Shown: positions 1 to 11,564 of the stretch, in pieces
Layout of the letters: every line of letters begins with the position of its first letter
Position numbering within the stretch: the stretch's first letter is position 1
DNA from: Octopus sinensis
Taxonomy: Eukaryota
Direction of reading: 5' to 3'
Length of the DNA: 64,000 nucleotides
Assembly (NCBI RefSeq): GCF_006345805.1
Contig: NC_043001.1
Coordinates: 6,572,001 to 6,636,000, forward strand
The notes under the pieces: generated by a model
What the model saw: the letters and a program-made list of their open reading frames with translations, nothing else
What the model was told of the DNA's origin: nothing
The model's database searches: none
Made by a program: the position numbers and the translations under genes

Positions 1-132
1 AAGGGTGGATGCTAATGTAGCTTGTAGCCCCAGTAAGACATTTCATCCAGCTGGATATTGATACACTTTCTGTGCCCGATCAGTATTTGCAAAGGGAAGT
101 CATCCTTCTTATCTCCAGCCTGACGTGATACA

Positions 133-173
133 CACGGACCCGAGTTTCTGGACATTGACCCGTCATCAGCGTA
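133..173 (-). ncRNA. Type I hammerhead-ribozyme-like motif (PLE-type)
   Basis: Minus strand reads UACG CUGAUGA C GGGU-CAAU-GUCC A GAAAC-UCGG-GU C CGUG: conserved core CUGAUGA/GAAA, GUC triplet, 4-bp stem I, weak stem II with an unpaired C/A at its base. Folded by eye. Confidence 0.5.
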
Positions 174-213
174 GGACAACCACCGGCTGGCGATGTGAAG
201 GGGTTCTCAATGC

Positions 214-237
214 AAATATATATATATATATACATAC

Positions 238-312
<75 letters not shown>

Positions 313-325
313 ATATATATAAATA
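214..325. repeat. (TA)n microsatellite
   Basis: Direct reading. Confidence 0.95.
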
Positions 326-326
326 T

Positions 327-720
327 AAACTTAGATAAAACTTAGATATGTTTCGACCAAAGATTGGTCCAGGCCATGTCTAACTTAATACCACCACCTG
401 ATAGGATTATCTAAATCCTGTTTAAGTCAAGTTTTGTTTATGGTCCATTCAAGTAGTGAGTCCTTGTTGGGTGAGTTGTATCCAATTATGGGTGGCTTAT
501 CTGGTATTCTTTGAAGGAATCTATCCAGACTCCGTTTAAAGTTGATGGGATCCTTTTCCTCTTTGATCTCCCTTGGGACAATGTTACATAGATATACTTT
601 TTCCGGTGACGAAAATTCACTAATCTCGAAAAAGTGGAAACAACCAATAACAATCTCTGTTTGAGGTACGAACAGTCGCTGCACGACATCGTGAAGAATA
701 TTTGCCACCTAAATGTGGTT
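327..720 (-). mobile_element. 3' fragment of a CR1/L2-group LINE
   Basis: ORF 427-708 ends NIVPREIKEEKDPINFKRSLDRFLQRIPDKPPIIGY..N..SLL, like the C-terminus of CR1/L2-type ORF2. It is followed by a short 3'UTR with a GACCA-ATCT-TGGTC stem-loop and a repeated ATCTAAGTTT tail. Confidence 0.65.
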
Positions 721-1318
721 AACTCATAAGGGTTGATGTTACTCTGAAAGATTTTTATTGCTTAGACATATAATTTTCAATCTCTCAGCTGATGTATGTC
801 TCCATACATCTCTCTCGTATTAATATTTACTCAGCTGTAAACATATTAACAAGGAAATTGCCCTATTGTGCTTACTTATATTTAACCCTATAATCTGCTG
901 TTATGCCTAAAATCTGTAAATCTGAATATACGAGAAATCTCTCGGATCCTAGAAGACAAATGACAATGATTATTTGCTAATATCTAAATGAAAATGAAAT
1001 TACAAGTGCATCCATATGTATGCTGCAAATCGTTGCAGAAAATAGTTGTCACGTGCCCAAGCTAAAATATGTGGAAGAATTATCGATAACTACAATAAGA
1101 GTTCAAACACATGGTGCCTCAATTCCACAAATATGGAAATTGCAATAACATCACCGACAACAGATGTAGATCGAACTTACTTGATAAATCAGTGGAAAAG
1201 TGTCTCAATTTCTGTTTAGAGACATTTTCCAATCGAAGACGGATGTAGGGGGTTTGTTGGACACTACATGAGGCAGCTGTTGTTATCATTAGGCCTATCT
1301 CATCGTAAAGTAAATACC

Positions 1319-1550
1319 TATTTATTTACTACCCACAAGGGGCTAAACACAGAGGGGACAAACACGGACAGACAAACGGATTAAGTCGATTACATCGACC
1401 CCAGTGCGTAACTGGTACTTAATTTATCGACCCCGAAAGGATGAAAGGCGAAGTCGACCACGGCGGAATTTGAACTCAGAATGTAGCGGCAGACGAAATA
1501 CGGCTACGCATTTCGCCCGGTGCCCTAACGTTTCCACCAGCTAGCCGCCC
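1319..1550 (-). mobile_element. tRNA-derived SINE (family with GTCGACTTTGCCTTTCATCCTTTCGGGGTCGATAAA central domain, Meta-domain-like)
   Basis: Near full-length match to the copy at 34378-34612. Flanked by a 13-bp target-site duplication TAAAGTAAATACC (1306-1318 and 1551-1563). Confidence 0.88.
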
Positions 1551-2075
1551 TAAAGTAAATACCATCATGACCGATATCCAAACTACACTGAAAAAGGCTA
1601 CCCACCGGGATTGGTTAAAAAGAGACGATGAGTGATGGCTATAAGAACATTGAGCTTTTTTTGTAACCAGATGATATAGCAAACGGGGCCTCATATCAGT
1701 GAGCGGGGCCGGTGCGCAATTTTTCCTTGTGATGTTCCATGTACAACAGTCCTCATTTACACACAAAATAAACCATCTACTCAGAGCCCGATGATTGCCT
1801 GGAGACACAAAGACGCATTTTGAATAACTGCTTTGACACAAGTTTCAAACGCAAATAATTTTTTAGTTTCTAATTTCTTTACACTGTCTACATCGATATT
1901 GTCATCGATTGTTTAATCATTTTTACTAATTGCTGCTGTGAAGGCTTTATCACTCGTTCGCTTCTATGCAGGTTGGATAAGTTCATTGTCCAAGTCTGTC
2001 CAATATATGTCCAGCGTTGTGGAACGTGAAGTCCAAGACTGGTTCCCAAAAATTTATATTCAACAACTGTCGCTA

Positions 2076-5000
2076 TCTTTTCTCTATATATAAACGGCAG
2101 TTTGTCTGTGCGTGCTTCTGTGTGTCTGTTTTCTCGTACCCTCACCCTGACCACGGCTTTCAACCGATTCTGATGAAACTGACACACACATAGCCCAATG
2201 TCATAATTCAAAACTAACGCAGCGAAAATTTTGAAAAGTTCCCCCAGTGTCTGAAAAAAATTGATAAATTCGACATGGGGTCGAGAATCATAAACATGAA
2301 CCACAGACTGTCTAGGGGACGCAAACTCGAGAATCTAAGCTTTTTTTATGCAACGCATTATCTATGGTAGTTTTCACAACTTGCAATCGATTTTCACCAA
2401 ACTCATGGTGAAGCTTAATGTTACCCTAAGAAACTTAATTCTGACGTTAGTTTTCCATGCAATACCTTACCATCAGAAACAATCGATAAAATCATGCCAT
2501 TTTGGGAAATCGCGTTCAAATTCAAGATGACATATTTTCGACAATATCTTTCACAAATTGGCAGGAATCTTTTTTTTTCACAACGAGCATCATGTCTGCT
2601 CCAAGGAGCTATATAGCCCTTTTTATTCCAATAGGATACATTATTGGAAAAATCGTTAATTTAATCATATGGCACACGTAGCAAACAAATTGTGTATTAA
2701 ACACAAACCAGACTGTCTAGGGGACGCAACTTGACCTTTTTAGCTATCGATAATTCGATCCAACCAATTCCTACCAGGAAGAAATTACATTCGAGACTTT
2801 ACCCAAACCGCCACTTTTCTGCTAATAGCTGCTGCAGCCGCGCAAGTTATTCGAATACTTTTTTGTTTAAACTTTTCTTATAACTACCACCCCAAACGTT
2901 TTACCTTCAATTTTTGACGTACCCTAACGGTCCTCGGACGCTACTTGCAAACCTTGGTTTATTAGAAACCACTTTTGTCGTGTGCATCAAAAAACTTTTC
3001 CTTTCGTTTGTTCAGTTTGATCACTTTTGACTTTTCGTTGTTGTCACTCACAATTGCTGCCAGCTTTTTGGCCGTTTTTGTACATTTTATACATTCGGAT
3101 ACTTACCCCACGAGCTCCTTTTTATTACACCTTTACCAAACCATGCTATCCCCAAAATTACTTACCCACGTGTTCCTTTTTATTACAACCCTTTGCCCAA
3201 CACATTGCTATCCACCAAAATGCCACCCAAGAAGAGAAGACCCTCCTCAGCCCTCGGACGGCCAAGGCATCGGCTGCCAGGGCTAAAAGGGCACGCGAGA
3301 CCCACGAGGAAACCGCCTTGCGCCTCTCGCAAACAGCTTCCCGTTATGCCGCTGCTCAGGCATCTGAAACTACTAGCGACCGTTCTACCCGACTTGCAAG
3401 GGTCGCAGCGTACAGATCTTCCCTCCGCTCGAGGTTGACGAAAGAGCAACAGTCCAGCCAAAATAAGCGGGCTTCTTACTGTGCTCCATCCGCAGAGCTC
3501 GCGAGAACCCCGAACAAAGGGCCATTTGGATCGGCTAACGCCACTAGCACGCCAGACACGATCTGTCAAAACATCCACAGCAGGAGAACTCGCCAAGATG
3601 CTGACGCCGCAACAAAGCCATGGCCAAAGCTGCCGAAACACCTCAACAGAGGAGAGCTCGCCAAGCTGCTAACGCCGCAAACACAGCCAGGGCTCGATCT
3701 GCCGAAACTCCACACCAACGGACTATTCGACATCCAGACATGCCATTAACACTGCTTCTGCTAGGGCTTCAGAGGGTGCTGAGGCGAGAGCTGAAAGGCT
3801 TTCAAGGGATGCACTGCTACCGCTGTCGCACGTGCATCTGAATCTGCTGAGGCACGGTGCACTCGACTTGAGAGTATCAACAACGTCGGGATATCATTCG
3901 TGGTGTACGTACCCCTGCCCCCGCTTTCTGGTTGTCACTAGCATTCAACTACGACGCCACAATAACTTCTCTCTTGCGTGACGACATCAAGATAGGGTCA
4001 ATGACAATTGTATGCCAGTTTTGCAAAGCCAAGAAATGGCCCGAGAGCCACCTGGTTTGTGCTGCTCTGGTGGCAAAGTGGACCTGCCACCCCACGGGAA
4101 CCACCTCAACCACTGAAGGATCTCCCGGCGGGTTTAACCCCCGATTCGTCACAATTCCTTGAAATAATTCGAAAGTACAACTGCTCATCCAAATGACCTC
4201 TTTCGGGGCCAAATTCCTCCCAGAGAAGCTGGATGCCTACTTCAAAAGTGCAGGACAGGTCTACCATCTTATTGGGTCACTTCTGCCAACGAGATTCAGC
4301 AGTCTTCTTTCCTCCAAATATACTTCATGCCGACTACAACCACCAGGTTGAGCAACCTTGGAATAATACCGGGTACAAGCTATGTTCCCCGCAAAGACAT
4401 TCTTCTCCGTCTCCAAACCATGCTTCATGATATCAACAGCTACGTCTGCAGCTTCAGATATGCCTTGGACAGTGCTTCCATCTTCAACTTCACCGTTGTC
4501 ATGATGCTGATAAACGACCCCACGGGGAGCACGAACGCGTTTCAACGCACCTGCGTGCACGAAATTGCCGCAGTCATGCACGGAGAGCAACACAACAGCC
4601 GTGACATAATCATCTCCTCCCGTGGTAACAACCTACACAGGATCAGCGAGACTCACAGATCTTATGACGCGCTTCAGTATCCATTGCTTTTCCTTATGGG
4701 GAAGACGGCTACCACTTCGGAATTCCTTTACGGCAGCCTCCAATCAAACTACTGCGGCATCAAAGACTGTTTCCTGCAGGGCGTTCTACTACATACCGGT
4801 TCATCAGCAGGGAGGGTGAGTTCAACTTATTGCCCCGTTGTCGTCAGCTATTCAACCAGTTCGCCGTCGACATGGCCGCCAAAATGGAATCGGAAAGGCT
4901 GCTATACATTAACCTTATCAGACCAAACTTCGCTCCGACTCCTACATTCATCTCCGTGACGGTTTGCAACAAGAAAAATGACCCTCGCAACATCGGCAAG

Positions 5001-7756
5001 CCATGCATTCTACCCTCCACCTTCACGGGAGGACCGCGATATATGCGTGAAAGGACCCAAGTCGCCTTGACCTACGTGCGCATTTACGGCCGGCCGGACC
5101 TCTTTATCACCTACACGTGCAATCCCAGCTGCGGCGAAATCACTCGCGAACTCCTCCCGAGTCAATCTCACACCCATCGACACGACATCGTTGCTAGGGT
5201 TTCCGTCTGAATTTGGGCAAAATGAAGGATTTGATAGTTAAGGGTCAGATTTTCGGGCATGTCAGGTTGCCACATGTTTTCGGTCGAGTGGCAAAAGAGG
5301 GGCTTGCCACATGCTCACATCTTAATTTGGCTCACTCATAAAATCGAGACTAATGACATTGACAATTCATTTCCGCCGAGATTCCTGACCCCGATGAGGA
5401 CCCCGGACTCTACGAAATGTCCGCATTACCATGGTACACGGGCCCTGTGGACCAAATTACGCCAACACACCATGCTACAAAAACGGATTAGCCTGCTCAA
5501 AGGGATTCCCTAAACGGTTCACTTTGGAGACTCAAACAGGCGGCGATGGGTATCCGCTGTACAAACGAAGGAGTCCAGCCAATGGAGGCCGCCACGATTA
5601 CGGTTGGGCGACATCAAGTGGACAACAGCTACATTGTCCCCTACTGTCCTCTCTGTCGAAGATATTCAAAGCCCACGTCAACGTTGAGTTCTGCAGCTCC
5701 ATCAGGTCAATACAATATGTCTGCAAATATATCAACAAAGGCAGCGATGCTGCCATGTTCAGCATCCAGAGGACCACCAGTCGCGACGAAGTGTCCAACT
5801 ACTTGGCTGGCCGGTACCTCAGCAGCAACGAAGCGTTTTGGCGCATTTACCGCTTCCCGCTCCATCAGAGACACCGGCTGTGGTGCAGCTTGCTGTACAC
5901 TGGAAAATGGACAGCGGATTTACTTCACAGAGCAAAGTGCTGTGCAGATAGCCACCAGCCCTAAAGACACAACGTTGACTGGTTTCTTCAAATTATGCCA
6001 ACGTGATGACTTCGCTCGAACGCTTTTGTACCCACAGGTCCCATCGTACTTCGTGTGGTCTAAAAACACCTGGGTTCGACGGAAATCCGGCAAAAACGTC
6101 GAAAGCTTCCCAGGCGTCAAGTTTGACTCCTGCCTGGGTCGAGTTTACAACATCCGCCAAACCAGCAAGAATGCTTCTACCTCCGTCTCCTTCTACATGA
6201 GGTCACTGGTCCAACAGGTTTCGCCAATATACGTACCGTCAATGGGGTTCTGTGCGACACCTTCAGGGAAGCATGTATGAGACTTGGCCTTCTAGAGGAT
6301 GACTCCCAGTGGGACGCCACGATGGCAGAGGGTGCTTTACTGCAAACGCATTCGGCCCTACGACATCTTTTCGCAATCCTTCTTCAAAAATGTCAGCTTA
6401 GTGATACACTAAGTCTCTGGATGAAATACAGGGATGACATGTCGCACGACTTCTTACGTACGGCTCAGCAACACTGCCCTTCCGCCGAGATCACGTTCAC
6501 CAACTTCATTACAATTTTGCGCTCATTCAACTCGAAGACGCTGTCATCGATATGGGTGGATCTGCTTTAACAGAGTACGGCCTTCCACCACCCACACGTG
6601 AAACGCCAATGTTATGTTGCTGCTGAATTGTTACGCGAAACTCCTACTGCATTGAGGAACTGCACCAGTACGTCCAAGATAATGAACCACGGCTGCTTCC
6701 AGACCAGCGCATAGCCTACAACACCATCGTAGACTCTGTCAGACAGCAACGTGGGGGGATTTTCTTCCTTGATGCACCCGGCGGCACTGGCAAAACCTTC
6801 GTCACTAAACTAAGTCTGGCAGAGGTCAGACGCAACACGGACATTGCCCTGGCTGTAGCTTCCTCTGCATTCTCCAGGGACCTCTTATCGCTCGGTGAAA
6901 ATAGGATACTGTCTGATGCGGATGGCTACGTTCAATTGGACTCACTTTGCACATTGTCGACACCCTGCTAGCCTCCGGGACGCTGTCTCCACGACCTACA
7001 AAACAATTACGCGACCTAATATGGCTGGCAGGCAGAGCTATTCTCGCACCAAAAATACAACCGTCAACTCCATCAATATCCAGCTACTTGAAGCTATTCC
7101 TGGTGATGTCCACGTCTACAATCTATAGATAGGACAGCAGACCCCGCCCAGCTTGCCGATTATCCTGTTGAATTCCTGAATTCACTTGAAACGCCAGGCC
7201 TGCCACCACACATCCTGAAGTTAAAGTCGGTGCGCCCATTATGCTCATCAGGAATTTGGTTCCACCTAAACAGTGCAGCGGCACACGTTGGTTGTGAAAC
7301 ATTTGGCACCACATTTAATAACGGCCACAATACTTACCGGTGTGGGAAGGGAGAGGACGTCTTCATTCCACGGATGCACCTTCAACCGTCGGGCGCTGAC
7401 CTACCAATCCACTTCAGGCGTTCTCAGTTTCCTGTTAAACTCTGCTTCGCAATGTCCATCAATAAATCCCAAGGCCAAACGCTACAAGTCGTGGGTTTAC
7501 ATTTGGGCGAACAGTGCTTCGCCCACGGTCAACTCTACGTGGGCTGTTCACGCGTTGGGAGGCGCAATGATGTTTTCATGTTTTCGCCCAAACGGACAGC
7601 TAGGAACATCGTATATACAGAAGTATTCCAGTGAAGACAAGACATTGCAACGTCCACATGCACCTTCGTTCCCTGGAGGGAAAGGACTACATTGGGATTA
7701 GTCGTTGCCTACTAGGGGCTCTTACATACCCGGGCAACGCCGGGCTATGCTGCTAG
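2076..7756 (+). mobile_element. Helitron, full-length ends, decayed RepHel
   Basis: 5' A^TC start (TCTTTTCTCTATATATAAACGGCAG, 2076). 3' hairpin CCCGG-GCAACG-CCGGG (7729-7744), then CTAG (7753-7756) followed by T. No TSD. Rep and Pif1-helicase motifs lie inside. Confidence 0.9.
3220..7634 (+). pseudogene. Helitron RepHel (HUH Rep + Pif1-like helicase), multiply frameshifted
   Basis: Rep motif I RPDLFITYTCNP (~5091-5126), HUH motif VEWQKRGLPHAHILIWL (~5283-5333), QYVCKYINKG (~5713-5742), Walker A DAPGGTGKTF (6771-6800), and QFPVKLCFAMSINKSQGQTL plus HGQLYVGCSRV in ORF 7230-7634. The motifs are spread over different frames. Confidence 0.92.
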
Positions 7757-9703
7757 TTACTCGATAAGAGACATTGATTTGCCCAACGGTCAGGACTTTT
7801 TTACCTACGCCGTCTATTCTCGTATGGCTTATCATGTCATTTACGGAAGTTATTCAGCTTATCCCATATTTAAATGATTTATCATTATGCACTCTCTACA
7901 AAATGCTGAAACGCAAGTCATGTGACCACCCTCGGAATCATTGTGTGTTTTAGCTAACTCCTGTCATTTGACATGAATTAACCAGAAGATGGCACTCAAA
8001 TCATAAGGAGTTGTTCCACGGCAGGTACTTTCTTGTAACACCAAATATCATCTGAGGGACTCTATGCTCATGAGCCAAGAAAACACGTTGATTAGTTTGA
8101 TGAAAATAGTCACTGAGGCCGACCTGAAAATTATTATAATTGAATAGTGAATTGTTCCAACTAACGCTGCCAAAAAATATACAGAGAATGGATTAATTCC
8201 CCACCCACTAATTGTACAGCCAAAATCCTGATTAAAGGACAGTTTGATTTATATTACTTTTCAAAAGAGATACATACTGCTCTGATATTAAGCACACACA
8301 CACACACACACACACATTCACACACACGCATGCCCACACACACACAAATAGATAAAACGTACGTATACCTATCTCTAAATATTGTGTTGTTTTTTTCGTT
8401 TAGAACTTACGAATTTGCAACGTTTGCGGAAATTTAATTATAATACCACCTTAAAAATATATAATTTTTCTCTAATATCATCTATGAAATCACTGTAAAT
8501 TCTACAAGTGCTATCCTAACATTTCCTATTCAAAGCGTATACACAATTTGATTTTGCAATTATTGTTTTCACTCTCAAAGATTATTAAAATTTCTAAAGG
8601 ACAATTCATTTGAATGTCACGTAATGTGAAGTTTTGAAAAATATAATTTTTATAATGTTTACACTTTGATTCTTTTGAAAATGTCAGCGTACATTCGAAA
8701 AGAATTTCATTAAAAACTATACTATATTCTGCTTTCTTTGAACACAGCATTTTTTTTTTTACCGATTTGTCCAACTATCGAGAACTCTAAATCAATGACG
8801 TTTCATACATTATTATTATGAGGATGGTGATGATGATAATAATGATGATAATGATCATCATCATCACCACCATCACCACCATTATTATTGTTGATATTGT
8901 TGCTTTTCAAAGTATTCCCACGAAATTCTCCTCGTAACAATAAACGTTGGCGCTTCTACTGATGAATTGCGAAATTAATTTCATGTTCATTATTCTGCTG
9001 GTGATATCGACGAAGATAATGAAGATAATGAAACGATGTGTGATAATCACGATCTTCATGTTCATTGTTTGCAATGATGATTCCGGATGTGGCGACATAT
9101 AGCGATATCTGAAAGAGACTGTTGTGTCGACGTTGTCAGAAATAAACTATTTAAACAGTAAAGGTGGCTGTGATGGTGGCGAAGACGGTGTTATTTCTAT
9201 ATAAGTTGATAGTGCTGTATTTGATAATAATAATAATAATAATGGAATATAGTTTGCTTACGTTGATAGTTATATTAAGTTTCCTTGAATCGCTTGCATT
9301 GTTTCGTTTCTTTCCTGTAAATATAACTACTTTAAGATATAGTTTTCGCTCTTACATTGACACAAAGATCAACAAAGTCCTCCACCTTTAAGCCGTTTCA
9401 AAAGCATGCTTTCGTCTATGTTTATCGATATTTTATCTCGATTCTATTATTAAATGTAATTTTATACATTTCACTTGACTTCATATCGTTTTTAATCACA
9501 AATTACAACGTATCATAAGATATGATGTTTTTTCTATTAACCGATTTAGCTTCTTTCGTTCTTTAATGCAATGTTCGTCACAATCCATCTTCATTTTTCT
9601 TCGTGACTTTTTCTTATGGTATTCGCAGATGAACAAAGGAAAATATTCATTTACTTCAAATCATTTGCAAATATAAGCTCATTACGTTTTAATTATTATA
9701 GAC

Positions 9704-10055
9704 GCAGGCGTGGCTGTGTGGTAAAAAGCTTGTTTCCCAATCATATGGTTCTGGGTTCAGACCCACTGCATGGAACCTTGGACAAGTAACTTCTACTGTA
9801 TCCTCGGGCCGACCAAAGCCTTGTGAGTGGATTTGGTAGACTGAAACTGAAAGAAGCCCTGTGTGTCTGTTTTTTCTCCACACTATTGTTTGACAACCGA
9901 TGTTGGTGTCTTTATGTCCCCAAATTTAGCGCTTCGGCAAAAGAGAGCGATAGAAAAAGTGCTAGGCTTACAAATAATAAATCCTGGCGTCGATTTGTTC
10001 GACTAAAGGCGGTGCTCAAGCATGGCCACCGTTATATGACTGAAACAAATAAAAT
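9704..10055 (+). mobile_element. tRNA-derived SINE (CORE-like domain ACCTTGGGCAAGT, tail ending CTGAAACAAG)
   Basis: A-box/B-box-like head (GTGGCTGTGTGGT..GGGTTCAGACCC), CORE-like segment and tail shared with 11047-11457 and 36703-37118. Confidence 0.85.
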
Positions 10056-10239
10056 GATATTTTTATCTTTTATTTGTTTCACTCCTTACACTGTGGCCAT
10101 GCTGGTGCATCGCCTTAAATACTTTTTACTCTAACAGATCAAACACTTTGTTTATTTTTTAACCGAGCATCTAGACACTCGATTTCTTTTGGAAAACGCT
10201 CTCTTAGGGAGACGCAAACACAGGAACACCAATTACCAA

Positions 10240-10420
10240 ACAATGGTGGGGAATAACACACACATACACACACACATTTATTTCTGCGACGGACACCTGT
10301 CAGTTCCCCTCTATCAGTTCCGGTCTGAAAACATTAGTGAGGCAGAGGCCATAAGGCAATACACTTGATTAAGGCGTTACCGAACCCGGAACCATTAGGT
10401 TCCATATAGCCACGCCTGCG
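10240..10420 (-). mobile_element. Degenerate CORE-like SINE fragment
   Basis: GAACCCGGAACCAT...CATATAGCCACGCCTGC matches the head of the 9704 family on the minus strand. Confidence 0.6.
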
Positions 10421-10426
10421 CATATA

Positions 10427-10477
10427 TAAATATATATATATATATATATATGTAGATACTTTATAATTTTATACACA

Positions 10478-10576
<99 letters not shown>

Positions 10577-10620
10577 GTGTATAAAATTATAAAGTATCTA
10601 CATATATATATATATATATA
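10427..10620. repeat. (TA)n tract containing a 31-bp fold-back inverted repeat
   Basis: 10451-10481 is the exact reverse complement of 10572-10602. Confidence 0.9.
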
Positions 10621-11046
10621 TTCTTTATATGTATTCGTGTGTTGAAGCATATTTTGTTGTGTCTAGCGCGATTCATTCTGTTTTGCGGCCTTTTATTGAA
10701 CCATTCGATTTCCATTCATTTACTTATTCATTTTTTTCTCTCATTTCGTTCCTTTTTGCAACCACTTCAATAGTCGTTGACTCTGACTGTTATAAGAGCT
10801 GCGTTCGTCTGTTTGTATATTTCTTTGTTTGTTCGCGTGCATGTGACTGCGTCAGTGTGCATGTGGACACATACGGAGGCACAATGGGGTGTAGATGAAA
10901 CAAGGTAAACTGATGAAGAGGAATATCCTTTATGTTGCATGATTCGTTTCTCTTTTTGCTTTTTTCGTTTTTCGAAAAATAGTTCGTTTTCAGTTTCTTT
11001 TTGTCATTGTGTTCAACGTTTTTTTGATGTCCTGTACCCATGTATG

Positions 11047-11457
11047 CTCTTTTACTCTTTTACATGTTTCAGTCATTTGACTGCGGCCATGCTGGAGCAC
11101 CGCCTTTAGTCGAGCAAATCGACCCCAGGACTTATTCTTTGTTAGCTCAGTACTTATTCTATCGGTCTCTTTTGTCGAACCGCTAAGTGACGGGGACGTA
11201 AACACACCAGCATCGGTTGTCAAGCAAAGCTAGGAGGACAAACACAGCCACACAAACACACACACATACATATACATATATATACATATATATACGGCAG
11301 GCTTCTTTCAGTTTCTGTCTACCAAATCCACTCACAAAGCATTGGTCGGCCCGGGGCTATAGCAGAAGACACTTGCCCAAGATGCCACGCAGAGGGACTG
11401 AACCCGGAACCATGTGGTTGGTTAGCAAGCTACTTACCACACAGCCACTCTTGCGCC
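11047..11457 (-). mobile_element. CORE-like tRNA-SINE, full length
   Basis: Reverse complement of the 9704 family, with an internal (TA/CA)n tract and a (TTTTACTC)n tail. Confidence 0.9.
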
Positions 11458-11514
11458 TTATATGTAGGTATGTACATATATGTATGTATATATGCATATA
11501 TCTATGTATTATAC

Positions 11515-11564
<50 letters not shown>

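Noticed and set aside
350-385. GGACCA-ATCT-TGGTC-GAAAC (minus) as a hammerhead
   Set aside because: There is no CUGANGA core upstream. It fits better as the LINE 3'-end stem-loop.
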